Part shown: positions 1-8,787 of the stretch, piece by piece | How the letters are laid out: the number at the start of each line of letters is the position of its first letter | Numbering within the stretch: the first letter of the stretch is position 1 | NCBI GenBank assembly: GCA_903958085.1 | Contig: CAJBRY010000657.1 | Location: forward strand, 1 to 61,591 | Direction of reading: 5' to 3' | DNA from: an uncultured Geobacteraceae bacterium | GTDB lineage: Bacteria > Desulfobacterota > Desulfuromonadia > Geobacterales > Pseudopelobacteraceae | DNA: 61,591 nt | Made by a program: the position numbers and the translations under genes | The notes under the pieces: generated by a model | Told to the model about the DNA's origin: nothing | Databases searched by the model: none | Seen by the model: the letters and a program-made list of their open reading frames with translations, nothing else

Positions 1-1
1 C

Positions 2-226
2 TCCCTGACACTGGTACTGGCATTAGCTACTGTATTCGCAGCTGGCTGCAAGAAGAAAGAAGAAGCTCCTGCTCCTGCTCCTGCTGTTGAGGCACCAAAG
101 CCTGTTCAGGCTCCTATGTCAGCAAAAGCTCCTGCTGTCGCCCCTGCAGATGCTGCTAAGCCTGCAGATGCTGCTAAGCCTGCAGATGCTGCTAAGCCTG
201 CAGAAGCACCAAAAGCTAAACACTAA
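2..226 (+). CDS. Lipoprotein, 3' part (5' end outside the window); Ala/Pro/Lys-rich
   Basis: Frame 2 is open from the window edge to TAA at 224-226. Translation SLTLVLALATVFAAGCKKKEEAPAPAP...PADAAKPADAAKPADAAKPAEAPKAKH has a lipobox (FAAG/C). The track ORF 87-272 is its out-of-frame shadow. Confidence 0.6.
   Translation, partial: SLTLVLALATVFAAGCKKKEEAPAPAPAVEAPKPVQAPMSAKAPAVAPADAAKPADAAKPADAAKPAEAPKAKH
143..204 (+). repeat. 18-bp in-frame tandem repeat cctgcagatgctgctaag x3 plus a partial 4th copy (encodes PADAAK)
   Basis: Three identical copies read directly at 143-160, 161-178 and 179-196. A diverged start of a fourth copy is at 197-204. Confidence 0.9.
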
Positions 227-254
227 TTTGTGCTATCTCCCTCAGGGGAACGCA

Positions 255-290
255 AAAAGCCTGTGGGGTTAACCTCACAGGCTTTTTTTA
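255..290 (+). terminator. Rho-independent terminator of the lipoprotein gene
   Basis: GC-rich stem gcctgtgggg / cctcacaggc (259-282) followed by a T7 run. Confidence 0.75.
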
Positions 291-308
291 TTTTGAATAG
301 GGGGAAGC

Positions 309-644
309 ATGCATGAAATGTCAATTACTCAAGGAATTATAGAGCTCTGTCTTGAGCATGCCTCAGGGAAGAGAGTCCTCTCACTTGAAGTAGAAATCGG
401 CCAACTGAGTAGCGTTGAACCCGATTCCATAGAATTTTGTTTTGAGGCATGTAGTAGAGACACTTCGCTTGAGGGAGCGATTCTTAATATTATTCGAACC
501 CCAGGCTTGGGACATTGCCAAGAATGCGGAGGGGAGACATTGCTTTCGGAGCTGTTTGGTTCATGTAAAAGATGTGGCGGACATCGGATAACAATCGTGG
601 CGGGAGAGGAGTTGAGAGTTCGGGAAATTGAAGTTGATGATTAA
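309..644 (+). CDS. hypA: Hydrogenase nickel-incorporation / maturation factor HypA
   Basis: The N-terminus MHEMSITQGII matches the HypA signature. Size is 111 aa with two CxxC pairs (CQEC...CKRC) for the zinc site. Confidence 0.85.
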   Translation: MHEMSITQGIIELCLEHASGKRVLSLEVEIGQLSSVEPDSIEFCFEACSRDTSLEGAILNIIRTPGLGHCQECGGETLLSELFGSCKRCGGHRITIVAGEELRVREIEVDD

Positions 645-674
645 AAAGGGCACCGTTGATGCGGTGCCCTTTTG
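643..674. terminator. Bidirectional hairpin terminator between convergent hypA and pckG
   Basis: 8-bp stem gggcaccg / cggtgccc (648-655 and 662-669). An A5 run precedes it and a T4 run follows, so a U-tract exists on both strands. Confidence 0.7.
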
Positions 675-686
675 CAATAATAGTTA

Positions 687-2537
687 TTAACTGTTCTGAT
701 CCGTTGCAGGGTGGAACTGTTCCCAATGTTCCGGTGAACGCCACAGACCTGACAATATCAACTGCCGGATATGCAGAAACTCTTTTGGCAAACGATCGTA
801 CATCTTGACGAACAGCTCCTCGTGCGAAACTATTTCTTCTTTCCAGACATCTCGGTCTACAGACATTAGTTCATAAAACTGGTCACGACTGACATCATCA
901 AGGCCTGTCCAGTCGAGATCCTCATATCGAGGCATCCACCCCAAAGGACTTTCAACCGCAGCGGCGTTACCATTAACACGCTCAACAATCCATTTCAGTA
1001 TGCGCATGTTCTCGCCGTATCCGGGCCAGAGGAAATTGCCGTTGGCATCTTTGCGGAACCAGTTTACGCTGAAAATGCGTGGCGGGATAGGAGTGGTGCG
1101 ACCAACTTGTAGCCAGTGAGCAAAATAATCGGCAACGTGGTAGCCGCAGAACGGCAGCATTGCGAATGGGTCACGACGTACAGCACCGGTGGCACCAACA
1201 GCGGCAGCGGTAGTTTCAGAACCCATAGTGGCTGCCATGTAAACACCAAAGCTCCAGTTGAAGGACTGGTAGACCAGCGGGATAACGTTGTTGCGTCTTC
1301 CACCAAAGACAAATGCCGCCATCGGAACGCCTTTCGGGTTCTCCCATTCAGGATCAATCGAGGGGCACTGACCAGCAGGCGAAGTAAAACGCGAATTCGG
1401 GTGTGCAGCATTTCTGCCACAGTCTGGAGTCCACTTGTTGCCTTGCCAGTCGGTAAGATGAGCTGGTTTTACATCTGTCATTCCTTCCCACCAGACATCG
1501 CCATCTGGCGTCAAAGCAACATTTGTAAAGATTGAGTTGGCTGCACATGAAGCCATGGCATTAGGGTTTGTTTTTTCTGAAGTTCCAGGGGCAACGCCGA
1601 AAAAACCGTACTCCGGATTGATAGCGTAGAGGCGCCCGTCCGGCCCAGGCTTAATCCAGGCAATATCATCACCAACAGTTGACACTTTCCAACCTGTTTT
1701 GTTGAATGTCTCTGGTGGTACCAGCATTGCCAGGTTAGTTTTGCCGCAGGCGCTCGGGAAGGCAGCGCCAATATATGTTTTGTCGCCTTCGGGAGATTCA
1801 ATTCCTAGAATCAGCATGTGTTCAGCCAACCACCCCTCGTCCTTTGCAATCTTTGAGGCTATGCGAAGAGCCAGACATTTTTTTCCAAGCAGGGCATTGC
1901 CGCCGTAACCACTTCCGTAAGACCAGATTGAGCGCTCTTCAGGGAAGTGTACAATATATTTTTCCTTGTTGCATGGCCACGGCACATCTTTCTGACCAGG
2001 CTCAAGAGGGGCTCCAACCGAATGCAGACATGGAACGAATTCTCCGTCAGAACCAAGAACATCAAGGACTGCAGTGCCCATACGGGTCATAATACGCATA
2101 TTGACAGCCACATAAGGAGAGTCCGAAATTTCTACTCCAATTTTGGCTATCGGTGAGCCGAGCGGCCCCATGCTAAAAGGAATAACATACATGGTGCGAC
2201 CCTTCATGCACCCTTTGAATAGCTTGTTCAGTGCCTCCTTCATCTCTTTGGGAGCCATCCAGTTGTTGGTTGGGCCTGCATCCTGCTTGGAAATACTGCA
2301 GATATAAGTGCGATCTTCAACTCGTGCTACATCGCCAGGATCGGACCATGCCAGATAGCTGTTTGGTCGTTTTTCCTGGTTCAGTTTTTTAAAGGTGCCA
2401 CTATCAACTAATTGCTTACAGAGTGCATCATACTCTTCCTGCGAACCGCTGCACCAATGTATCTTCTCAGGCCCACATAATGCCGCGACTTCTTCTACCC
2501 ACTTAGTCAGTTGCTCATTTTTACCTTGGTTACTCAT
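687..2537 (-). CDS. pckG: Phosphoenolpyruvate carboxykinase (GTP)
   Basis: About 616 aa with typical GTP-PEPCK blocks ([27 protein letters not shown]). Start set at ATG 2537 (MSNQGK), which has GGGAGG 5 nt upstream. The track start at 2549 is a TTG inside the RBS. Confidence 0.9.
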   Translation of the reverse strand: MSNQGKNEQLTKWVEEVAALCGPEKIHWCSGSQEEYDALCKQLVDSGTFKKLNQEKRPNSYLAWSDPGDVARVEDRTYICSISKQDAGPTNNWMAPKEMKEALNKLFKGCMKGRTMYVIPFSMGPLGSPIAKIGVEISDSPYVAVNMRIMTRMGTAVLDVLGSDGEFVPCLHSVGAPLEPGQKDVPWPCNKEKYIVHFPEERSIWSYGSGYGGNALLGKKCLALRIASKIAKDEGWLAEHMLILGIESPEGDKTYIGAAFPSACGKTNLAMLVPPETFNKTGWKVSTVGDDIAWIKPGPDGRLYAINPEYGFFGVAPGTSEKTNPNAMASCAANSIFTNVALTPDGDVWWEGMTDVKPAHLTDWQGNKWTPDCGRNAAHPNSRFTSPAGQCPSIDPEWENPKGVPMAAFVFGGRRNNVIPLVYQSFNWSFGVYMAATMGSETTAAAVGATGAVRRDPFAMLPFCGYHVADYFAHWLQVGRTTPIPPRIFSVNWFRKDANGNFLWPGYGENMRILKWIVERVNGNAAAVESPLGWMPRYEDLDWTGLDDVSRDQFYELMSVDRDVWKEEIVSHEELFVKMYDRLPKEFLHIRQLILSGLWRSPEHWEQFHPATDQNS

Positions 2538-2713
2538 GATGCCTCCCAATTGTGGTAATAAAATTTAGTATCGGTTAAATAGCATACCGATGCTCAAAAA
2601 AAAACACTTATGTGGACTCATATTCAAAATTATTTTACATCTTGAGATGAATGGAAAGAAGGAAGTGGATTGAAGGAGATTTCTTTAGACAAAAAACGAA
2701 AGGGTTTTAGCGA

Positions 2714-2755
2714 CAATGAAACCGGATAGTATTTTCGGAATATCCGGTTTCATTG
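2714..2755 (-). terminator. Perfect 15-bp hairpin downstream of the Fe-S oxidoreductase gene (atypical terminator)
   Basis: caatgaaaccggata (2714-2728) pairs with tatccggtttcattg (2741-2755) across a 12-nt loop. The T-run lies on the plus strand, not on the transcribed minus strand. Confidence 0.35.
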
Positions 2756-2775
2756 TTTTACTGAAGTGGATATAG

Positions 2776-4749
2776 TTAGCGGAGGGCAACTTCTGCAATT
2801 ATTTCAGCTACATCTCTAACCTTAACAGCATCGGCATTAACGTCCTTTAGCCCATCTTCAAACATGGTCATGCAGTAGGGACAGGCTACGCATATTGTAT
2901 CAGGTTTCTGTTCCAGTGCTTCATTGACTCGCGCAAGGTTTATACGTTCACCAGTATGTTCTTCCATCCACATCCTGCCACCTCCGCCGCCACAGCAGAA
3001 GGCGTTACTGCGGTTGCGCTCAAATTCGGAGGGAGCTTTACCGATAGCTGCCTCAACAATTTCCCTAGGGGCATCGTAAACATCGTTATGTCGTCCCAGA
3101 TAGCAGGAATCATGAAAAATAGTAGCGCCCATTTCCTCTGTCCGCTTACTAAGAGGAAGCCTGCCATCTTGAACCAGGTTTCGCAGAAGTTCACTGTGAT
3201 GAATTACTTCCAACTCCAGGCCATATTGCCTATAATCATTTTTCAGAGTCGTAAAACAGTGAGGGCATTGAGTGATCACCTTCTTTATTCCCCGCTCAAT
3301 AAACATAGCTACATTCTCTTTGGCCATCTTGTCAAAAACATACTCATTGCCAAGTCTGCGTACGCTGTCACCGCAGCATTTTTCATCTTTCCCTAATATC
3401 CCCCAGGAGACTCCTGCTTTATCAAGCAATTGAGCCATTGCCACGCTGACATGCTTGTTGCGTGAGTCAAACGAACCAGCGCAGCCTACGTAGAACAGAT
3501 ATTCCGTTGTATGCTTGTTGAAAGGCTTTATATCCAACTGGCTACACCATTTAATACGTTCTGTAGGTGCAATCCCCCACGGGTTGCTACGCCCCTCCAT
3601 GTTTTCAAACAGGTTAAGGAGCTCCTCAGGGAATTTAGCTTCGTTTTCTACAAGATGCCGCCGAAGCTGGATTATCTTTGGCATCTGCTCTATGAAAACA
3701 GGGCAGGCTTCCATACAGGCACCGCAGGTGGTGCATGACCAGATGGATTCCTCGGAAACACTCCCCTCACCGTTTTCTCCGATCAGCGGGACTTTAGGTG
3801 TTCCACCATTTTTCAGAGAGTCACCGTTTTTCAGCAGATTAACTTTGATGTCATGGATTACGCCGCGTGGGTTGAGCGGTTTTCCGGTAATGCTGGCTGG
3901 ACAAACATTTTGACAACGACCGCATTCCGTGCAGGAGAAAGAGTCCAGCAGGTCTTTCCAGCTGTAATTGTCTACCCGGTCGACACCGAAGGTGTTGCCG
4001 GCGATAAATTCTTCTCTAGGCTGGGTATTCGGTTTTTCAAGACGGTGAAAAAAACAATTTGGGATTGCGGTCAAGATATGCATGTGCTTGCTGTTAGGCA
4101 GATAACACATGAAAGCAAAAAGGGCAAAAGCGTGTGCCCACCAACTGAAAGCATAGATGGAAGCGGCAATAGATGGGGGAATAATCCCGGAGATCACGCT
4201 GGAAACTGGCATCCAGGTATGAGCCAGGGCATGCGCACCATCCTGCATCCTAGTAATTTTTGCAGCGTTTATACCAAAATATGCCAGCATCAAAATCCCG
4301 ATAAGGGAGAGGATAAAAAATGCCTCCAGAGTTCTTGCTTCAGGATAAGGGGGTGAAACAAGCCTGCGAATGGCGGCTATTATGACGGCCGACAGGGCAA
4401 GCAGGGAGACTAAATCCAGCATCAGCAGCAAAGGGAGAAGAATTCCGTCCGGGAGTTTCATAAGGCTGATCGCCGGGAATATGCCATGGAGCAGAAATTC
4501 GGTATTGGCGATAAGAAGGATAATAAATGACCAAAAAATGACAAAATGATTGATTCCAAATGGCTTGGAAACAACTCTCTTCTGGCCAAAGGCGTAGAGC
4601 AGCATTTCGCCGAAACGTGTTCCAATATTATCGAAACGATTTTCATAACGGCCGCGCGAGATCAGGCTGAAACGCTTCCAGCAACCCCAGATGAAAACTG
4701 CGAGAGAAATCAGCAGAAGCGGTGTAAATATGGCTGAGTTGGGTGTCAT
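2776..4749 (-). CDS. Membrane-anchored Fe-S oxidoreductase (N-terminal multi-TM domain, two 4Fe-4S ferredoxin motifs, HdrD/GlcF-like CCG domains); partner of EtfAB
   Basis: 657 aa. The N-terminal third is hydrophobic. Motifs seen: CTECGRCQNVCP, CTTCGACMEACP, and Cys-rich CCG-type motifs (CCGDS, FCCGGGGG). It lies directly downstream of etfA. Confidence 0.75.
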   Translation of the reverse strand: MTPNSAIFTPLLLISLAVFIWGCWKRFSLISRGRYENRFDNIGTRFGEMLLYAFGQKRVVSKPFGINHFVIFWSFIILLIANTEFLLHGIFPAISLMKLPDGILLPLLLMLDLVSLLALSAVIIAAIRRLVSPPYPEARTLEAFFILSLIGILMLAYFGINAAKITRMQDGAHALAHTWMPVSSVISGIIPPSIAASIYAFSWWAHAFALFAFMCYLPNSKHMHILTAIPNCFFHRLEKPNTQPREEFIAGNTFGVDRVDNYSWKDLLDSFSCTECGRCQNVCPASITGKPLNPRGVIHDIKVNLLKNGDSLKNGGTPKVPLIGENGEGSVSEESIWSCTTCGACMEACPVFIEQMPKIIQLRRHLVENEAKFPEELLNLFENMEGRSNPWGIAPTERIKWCSQLDIKPFNKHTTEYLFYVGCAGSFDSRNKHVSVAMAQLLDKAGVSWGILGKDEKCCGDSVRRLGNEYVFDKMAKENVAMFIERGIKKVITQCPHCFTTLKNDYRQYGLELEVIHHSELLRNLVQDGRLPLSKRTEEMGATIFHDSCYLGRHNDVYDAPREIVEAAIGKAPSEFERNRSNAFCCGGGGGRMWMEEHTGERINLARVNEALEQKPDTICVACPYCMTMFEDGLKDVNADAVKVRDVAEIIAEVALR

Positions 4750-4756
4750 GCTTACC

Positions 4757-6076
4757 TCAATTTTTTTGTTTCATTTCACGAATTTTCCTAGTAATGGCCG
4801 GAACGACCTGAAACAGATCGCCGACAATTCCGTATGTCGCAACCTCAAATATTGGCGCGCTGCTGTCACGATTGATGGCAATAACCATGTCGGAGTCCTG
4901 CATACCGACGAGATGTTGTATGGCACCTGAAATACCGCAGGCAATATAAATTTTCGGGCGCACCGTTTTACCTGTCTGACCGACCTGGCGATCACCCGGC
5001 ATCCAACCGGCGTCAACTGCGCTTCGTGAGGCTCCAACAACACCACCCAGTTCGTCAGCCAGTTCCTGCAAAATTGCAAAGTTCTCCGGACCCATCATGC
5101 CGCGCCCACCGGAGATTATGAATTCTGCACCTGTGATGTCTACTGCGCCTTTGCTGTGTGAATCACGGATGATTTCGATCACTTTGGTGAGTACACTCTC
5201 CTCAGAAACCGTAAAAGGATCACGGATGATTATCCCTTCCGCTCCATTTTTTCGCTCCGGCATCGGCATGACATTGGGCCGGACAGTTGACATCTGCGGG
5301 CGATATTTATCACACATGATTGTCGCCATAATGTTGCCGCCGAATGCAGGTCTTGTCTGCATCAGATTGCGCTTGTCGTCTATGGCCAGTCCGGTACAGT
5401 CAGCGGTTAGTCCGGTTGCAACACGGGTCGCTATGGCGCCTGCCAGATCACGCCCCATACCGGTTGCTCCCATTAGTATAACTTCCGGCTTGTACTTCTC
5501 AATCAAATGACAGCACCCTTCAACGTATGGTTCGGTACGGTAGTGTTTGTAGACAGGCGCATCAAGCAGATAAGCTTTGGTCGCGCCGTGAGCAAAAGCT
5601 TCATGGCAAAGATGTTCGACGTTTTCACCGACAATCAGAGCACAGAGCTCTACACCAAGCTTTTCAGCAAGATTGGCGCCCACCCCTAGCAGTTCCCAGG
5701 ATACCTTGGCAGGTTCCCCCTCGGTCTGCTCAACAAACACCCATACGCCTCTGTATGCTGACAGTTTTATGGCAAGAGCAGCGGCTTCAGGGTCAATCTC
5801 TTCTTCGGCTGGCTGTGATGAAACGGCCAATTCAGCTAGAATCTGCATCTCTTCGGCAGTGAAAAACATCTCCACGGCTACTGCCGGACATATTTTTACG
5901 CATTTCTGGCAGCCGATACATTTTGCCTCTTCTATGATCGGCTCACCGGAATCCGTCATCTCAATACAGTTTACCGGACAAGAACTCTGGCATCGGGCAC
6001 CGCAGGCGATGCACTTGCCGCCAATAAGTCGGGCAACTCCACGCGGTTTTTTTATTTTCGGTTTTAGTTCGCTCAT
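4757..6076 (-). CDS. etfA: Electron transfer flavoprotein alpha subunit with N-terminal 2x[4Fe-4S] ferredoxin domain
   Basis: N-terminal CIACGARCQSSCP and CIGCQKCVKICP, then an EtfA/FixB-type body (ISGAIQHLVGM). ATGA overlap with etfB. Confidence 0.85.
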   Translation of the reverse strand: MSELKPKIKKPRGVARLIGGKCIACGARCQSSCPVNCIEMTDSGEPIIEEAKCIGCQKCVKICPAVAVEMFFTAEEMQILAELAVSSQPAEEEIDPEAAALAIKLSAYRGVWVFVEQTEGEPAKVSWELLGVGANLAEKLGVELCALIVGENVEHLCHEAFAHGATKAYLLDAPVYKHYRTEPYVEGCCHLIEKYKPEVILMGATGMGRDLAGAIATRVATGLTADCTGLAIDDKRNLMQTRPAFGGNIMATIMCDKYRPQMSTVRPNVMPMPERKNGAEGIIIRDPFTVSEESVLTKVIEIIRDSHSKGAVDITGAEFIISGGRGMMGPENFAILQELADELGGVVGASRSAVDAGWMPGDRQVGQTGKTVRPKIYIACGISGAIQHLVGMQDSDMVIAINRDSSAPIFEVATYGIVGDLFQVVPAITRKIREMKQKN

Positions 6077-6888
6077 AACGGCAACATATCCTTCGCGATC
6101 AGTTTGTCTATCAGCAGTTTAGCCGTTCCGGCCGGATCAGCATAGCCGTCACCCAGAATTTCCCCTTTGTCGCGTTCCGGAGAGAAAATTTTTGAAACCC
6201 AGGTGGGGGAGCCTTTCAGACCTATTTTCTGCTCGTCCAACTTCAACGTTTTGTTGTCCCATACTTCAACAACAGCTTCTGCGGCAATGAGTCGCATATT
6301 TACTTTAGGATAACGCGGGCGGTTAAGTTCCCTGACCACGGTCAGCATGGCCGGCAGTGGTGCTTCAACAATCTCATGGCGTCCTTCGAGTTTCCGGCTG
6401 ACGCGAATTTTGTTAGCAGGGAAATCCAGATTGACAATCTTATCTACCAATGTCAGTTGACGGTAGTCGAGGCGGCTTGCGATGCCTGGACCGACCTGCG
6501 CAGTGTCACCATCTATCGTCTGTTTTCCACATAATACCAAACAAACTTTATCTACTTCTGAATTTAGTTTTCTGATTGCTGCAGCAAGTACATTGCTGGT
6601 TGCAAGAGTATCGGCCCCGCCGAAAACCCGGTCTGAAAGGAGTATCGCGTAATCCACCCCGAGTGCCAGAGCTTTTTTCAGCGTACCCTCTGTGTTAGGC
6701 GGCCCCATAGAAATAGCAGCTACTTTACAGCCAAAGCGGTCTTTGAGACGCAGTGCTTCTTCAAGGGCATGAGTGTCATAAGGATTTACAATAAAAGGTA
6801 TGCCATCCCGAATCAGCGTGTTTGTGACTGGATCAATCTGAACCTGGGTTGTGTCCGGAACCTGTTTTATGCAGACAACTATCAACAT
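6073..6888 (-). CDS. etfB: Electron transfer flavoprotein beta subunit
   Basis: MLIVVCIKQVPDTT start is typical of EtfB/FixA. 271 aa. Confidence 0.85.
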   Translation of the reverse strand: MLIVVCIKQVPDTTQVQIDPVTNTLIRDGIPFIVNPYDTHALEEALRLKDRFGCKVAAISMGPPNTEGTLKKALALGVDYAILLSDRVFGGADTLATSNVLAAAIRKLNSEVDKVCLVLCGKQTIDGDTAQVGPGIASRLDYRQLTLVDKIVNLDFPANKIRVSRKLEGRHEIVEAPLPAMLTVVRELNRPRYPKVNMRLIAAEAVVEVWDNKTLKLDEQKIGLKGSPTWVSKIFSPERDKGEILGDGYADPAGTAKLLIDKLIAKDMLPL

Positions 6889-7131
6889 GAATCCCTCTCC
6901 TGAGAGGTTATTTGTGCAGAGACATATCTAATCTTATCTCTACATTTCACTTTGTCAAAACAGATATGGCGATTTTTATATAATCAATTTGAAATTGCGA
7001 GCCGTCTCTTAACCCAAATTGATGACAAGATGCAAGCTATTATACTTTCACAAAAAATATTTAGCGTGATAAAAATTAAGGCACGGTTGCTATTTATTTG
7101 AGCAAACACCGCAACTATTTGTACTCAGAAC

Positions 7132-7161
7132 TAAAAAACCCACCCAAAATCTTTGGGTGGG
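7132..7161 (-). terminator. Rho-independent terminator of gltD
   Basis: 10-bp stem cccacccaaa / tttgggtggg with a 3-nt loop, followed on the minus strand by T6. Confidence 0.8.
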
Positions 7162-7227
7162 CCTCACTGCCTCATAATATTGTCTGTTATAAAATATATT
7201 ATGCCTACTATTTAACCAGCCAAACAA

Positions 7228-8709
7228 CTATGGCAGCTCTGTAGCACCCATCAGATAACGATCACACTCACGAGCTGCTCCACGCCCTTCGTTAAATGCC
7301 CATACAACAAGGCTTTGACCGCGACGGCAGTCTCCCGCAGCAAAAATACCAGGAATATTGGTGCTGTATTTTTCGAAATCAGCCTTGATATTGCTGCGTT
7401 GATCCAACTCAAGTCCAAAAGATTCGACCAGAAGCTTCTCAGGCCCAAGAAAGCCCATTGCAAGCAGAACAAGCTGTGCCGGACGCACCTGCTCCGAGCC
7501 AGGCACCGGTTGTGGAACATATTGCCCCTTATCATTCTTTTCCCAAGTGACCTCAACAGTATGTACAGCCTTCACAGCACCGTTCTCATCACTTTCAAAC
7601 CTGGTCGCCGTTGTCAGATAAACCCTTGGATCCGCACCGAATTTTGCAGCAGCCTCTTCCTGGCCATAGTCAACTTTGTGGATTTTAGGCCATTCCGGCC
7701 ATGGATTATCTGACGCCCGCTCTTCAGGAGATTTTGGCATAATTTCCAGCTGCGTTACACTATTGCAGCCATGACGAATTGAAGTCCCGACACAGTCGGT
7801 ACCGGTGTCTCCCCCGCCGATTATAATTACATCCTTCCCCTTTGCAGAGATAAAATCCTCACCGCCGTTCAGAACCGCCCTGGTATTAGTGGTAAGGAAT
7901 TCCATGGCAAAATGAATCCCCTTCACATTGCGACCATCAATCGGCAGATCACGGGGCTGTGTTGCTCCAGTAGTCACAACAACAGCGTCAAACTCACTTC
8001 TCAGTTTTTTTACAGGATATTCCTTGCCGCCTATTTCAGTGTTGCAAACAAAAGCAATACCCTCTTCCTCCATAATTTTGATTCTACGCAGAACGACCTG
8101 GCGCTTGTCCAGCTTCATATTGGGAATGCCGTACATGAGCAGGCCGCCCGGGAGATCTGCACGTTCAAAAACTGTAACAGAATGCCCTGCTTTGTTAAGC
8201 TGTGCAGCAGCGGAAAGTCCTGCAGGTCCGGAACCGACAACTGCTACTTTTTTTCCGGTACGGACTTCAGGGAGAGCAGGAACTATCCAACCTTCATCAA
8301 AACCACGCTCTACAATGCTTACTTCGATATTCTTGATCGTTACAGCCGGATCGATACTTGATAAAGTACAGGAACCTTCGCAGGGGGCAGGGCAGACACG
8401 GCCGGTGAACTCCGGAAAGTTATTGGTTTTCTGCAGCCGGTCCAACGCCTGATGCCAATGGTTACGGTAAATCAGATCGTTCCATTCTGGAATAAGGTTG
8501 TTGATCGGACAGCCACTCGCCATGCCGCTGATCAGAACACCGCTGTGGCAAAACGGCACACCGCAATCCATGCAGCGGGCTCCCTGTGTACGAAGATCTT
8601 CATCCGGCATATGCAGGTGAAATTCGTTCCAGTCGTTGATTCTTTCCAAAGGTGCCCTGTCTGATGGCACTTCGCGTTTATATTCCATGAAGCCGGTTGT
8701 TTTTCCCAT
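7228..8709 (-). CDS. gltD: Glutamate synthase (NADPH) small subunit
   Basis: [13 protein letters not shown] start, Cys clusters for Fe-S, GSGPAGL dinucleotide motif. 493 aa, adjacent to gltB. Confidence 0.9.
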   Translation of the reverse strand: MGKTTGFMEYKREVPSDRAPLERINDWNEFHLHMPDEDLRTQGARCMDCGVPFCHSGVLISGMASGCPINNLIPEWNDLIYRNHWHQALDRLQKTNNFPEFTGRVCPAPCEGSCTLSSIDPAVTIKNIEVSIVERGFDEGWIVPALPEVRTGKKVAVVGSGPAGLSAAAQLNKAGHSVTVFERADLPGGLLMYGIPNMKLDKRQVVLRRIKIMEEEGIAFVCNTEIGGKEYPVKKLRSEFDAVVVTTGATQPRDLPIDGRNVKGIHFAMEFLTTNTRAVLNGGEDFISAKGKDVIIIGGGDTGTDCVGTSIRHGCNSVTQLEIMPKSPEERASDNPWPEWPKIHKVDYGQEEAAAKFGADPRVYLTTATRFESDENGAVKAVHTVEVTWEKNDKGQYVPQPVPGSEQVRPAQLVLLAMGFLGPEKLLVESFGLELDQRSNIKADFEKYSTNIPGIFAAGDCRRGQSLVVWAFNEGRGAARECDRYLMGATELP

Positions 8710-8787
8710 GATTATATTCCTGTCTGATATTTATAAAAAAATGTGGAGACGAATAGCATACGCCTAATCTCATCTGCCAAACATCCA

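Noticed and set aside
87-272. Track ORF with a striking MLLSLQ x3 repeat
   Set aside because: It is the out-of-frame reading of the 18-bp repeat. Frame 2 gives a coherent lipoprotein with a lipobox and ends at 226, just before a good terminator.
7080-7091. ggcacggttgct resembling a sigma-54 promoter upstream of the etf operon
   Set aside because: It is on the plus strand, while the flanking genes are on the minus strand. Only 2 nt separate GGCAC from TTGC, so the spacing is wrong.
6889-7227. TTGTCA...TATAAT pair on the plus strand in the etfB-gltD spacer as a promoter
   Set aside because: The spacer is 21 nt, which is too long. It would also drive transcription antisense into gltD with no plus-strand gene downstream. 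No convincing minus-strand -35/-10 pair for the etf operon could be fixed by eye.
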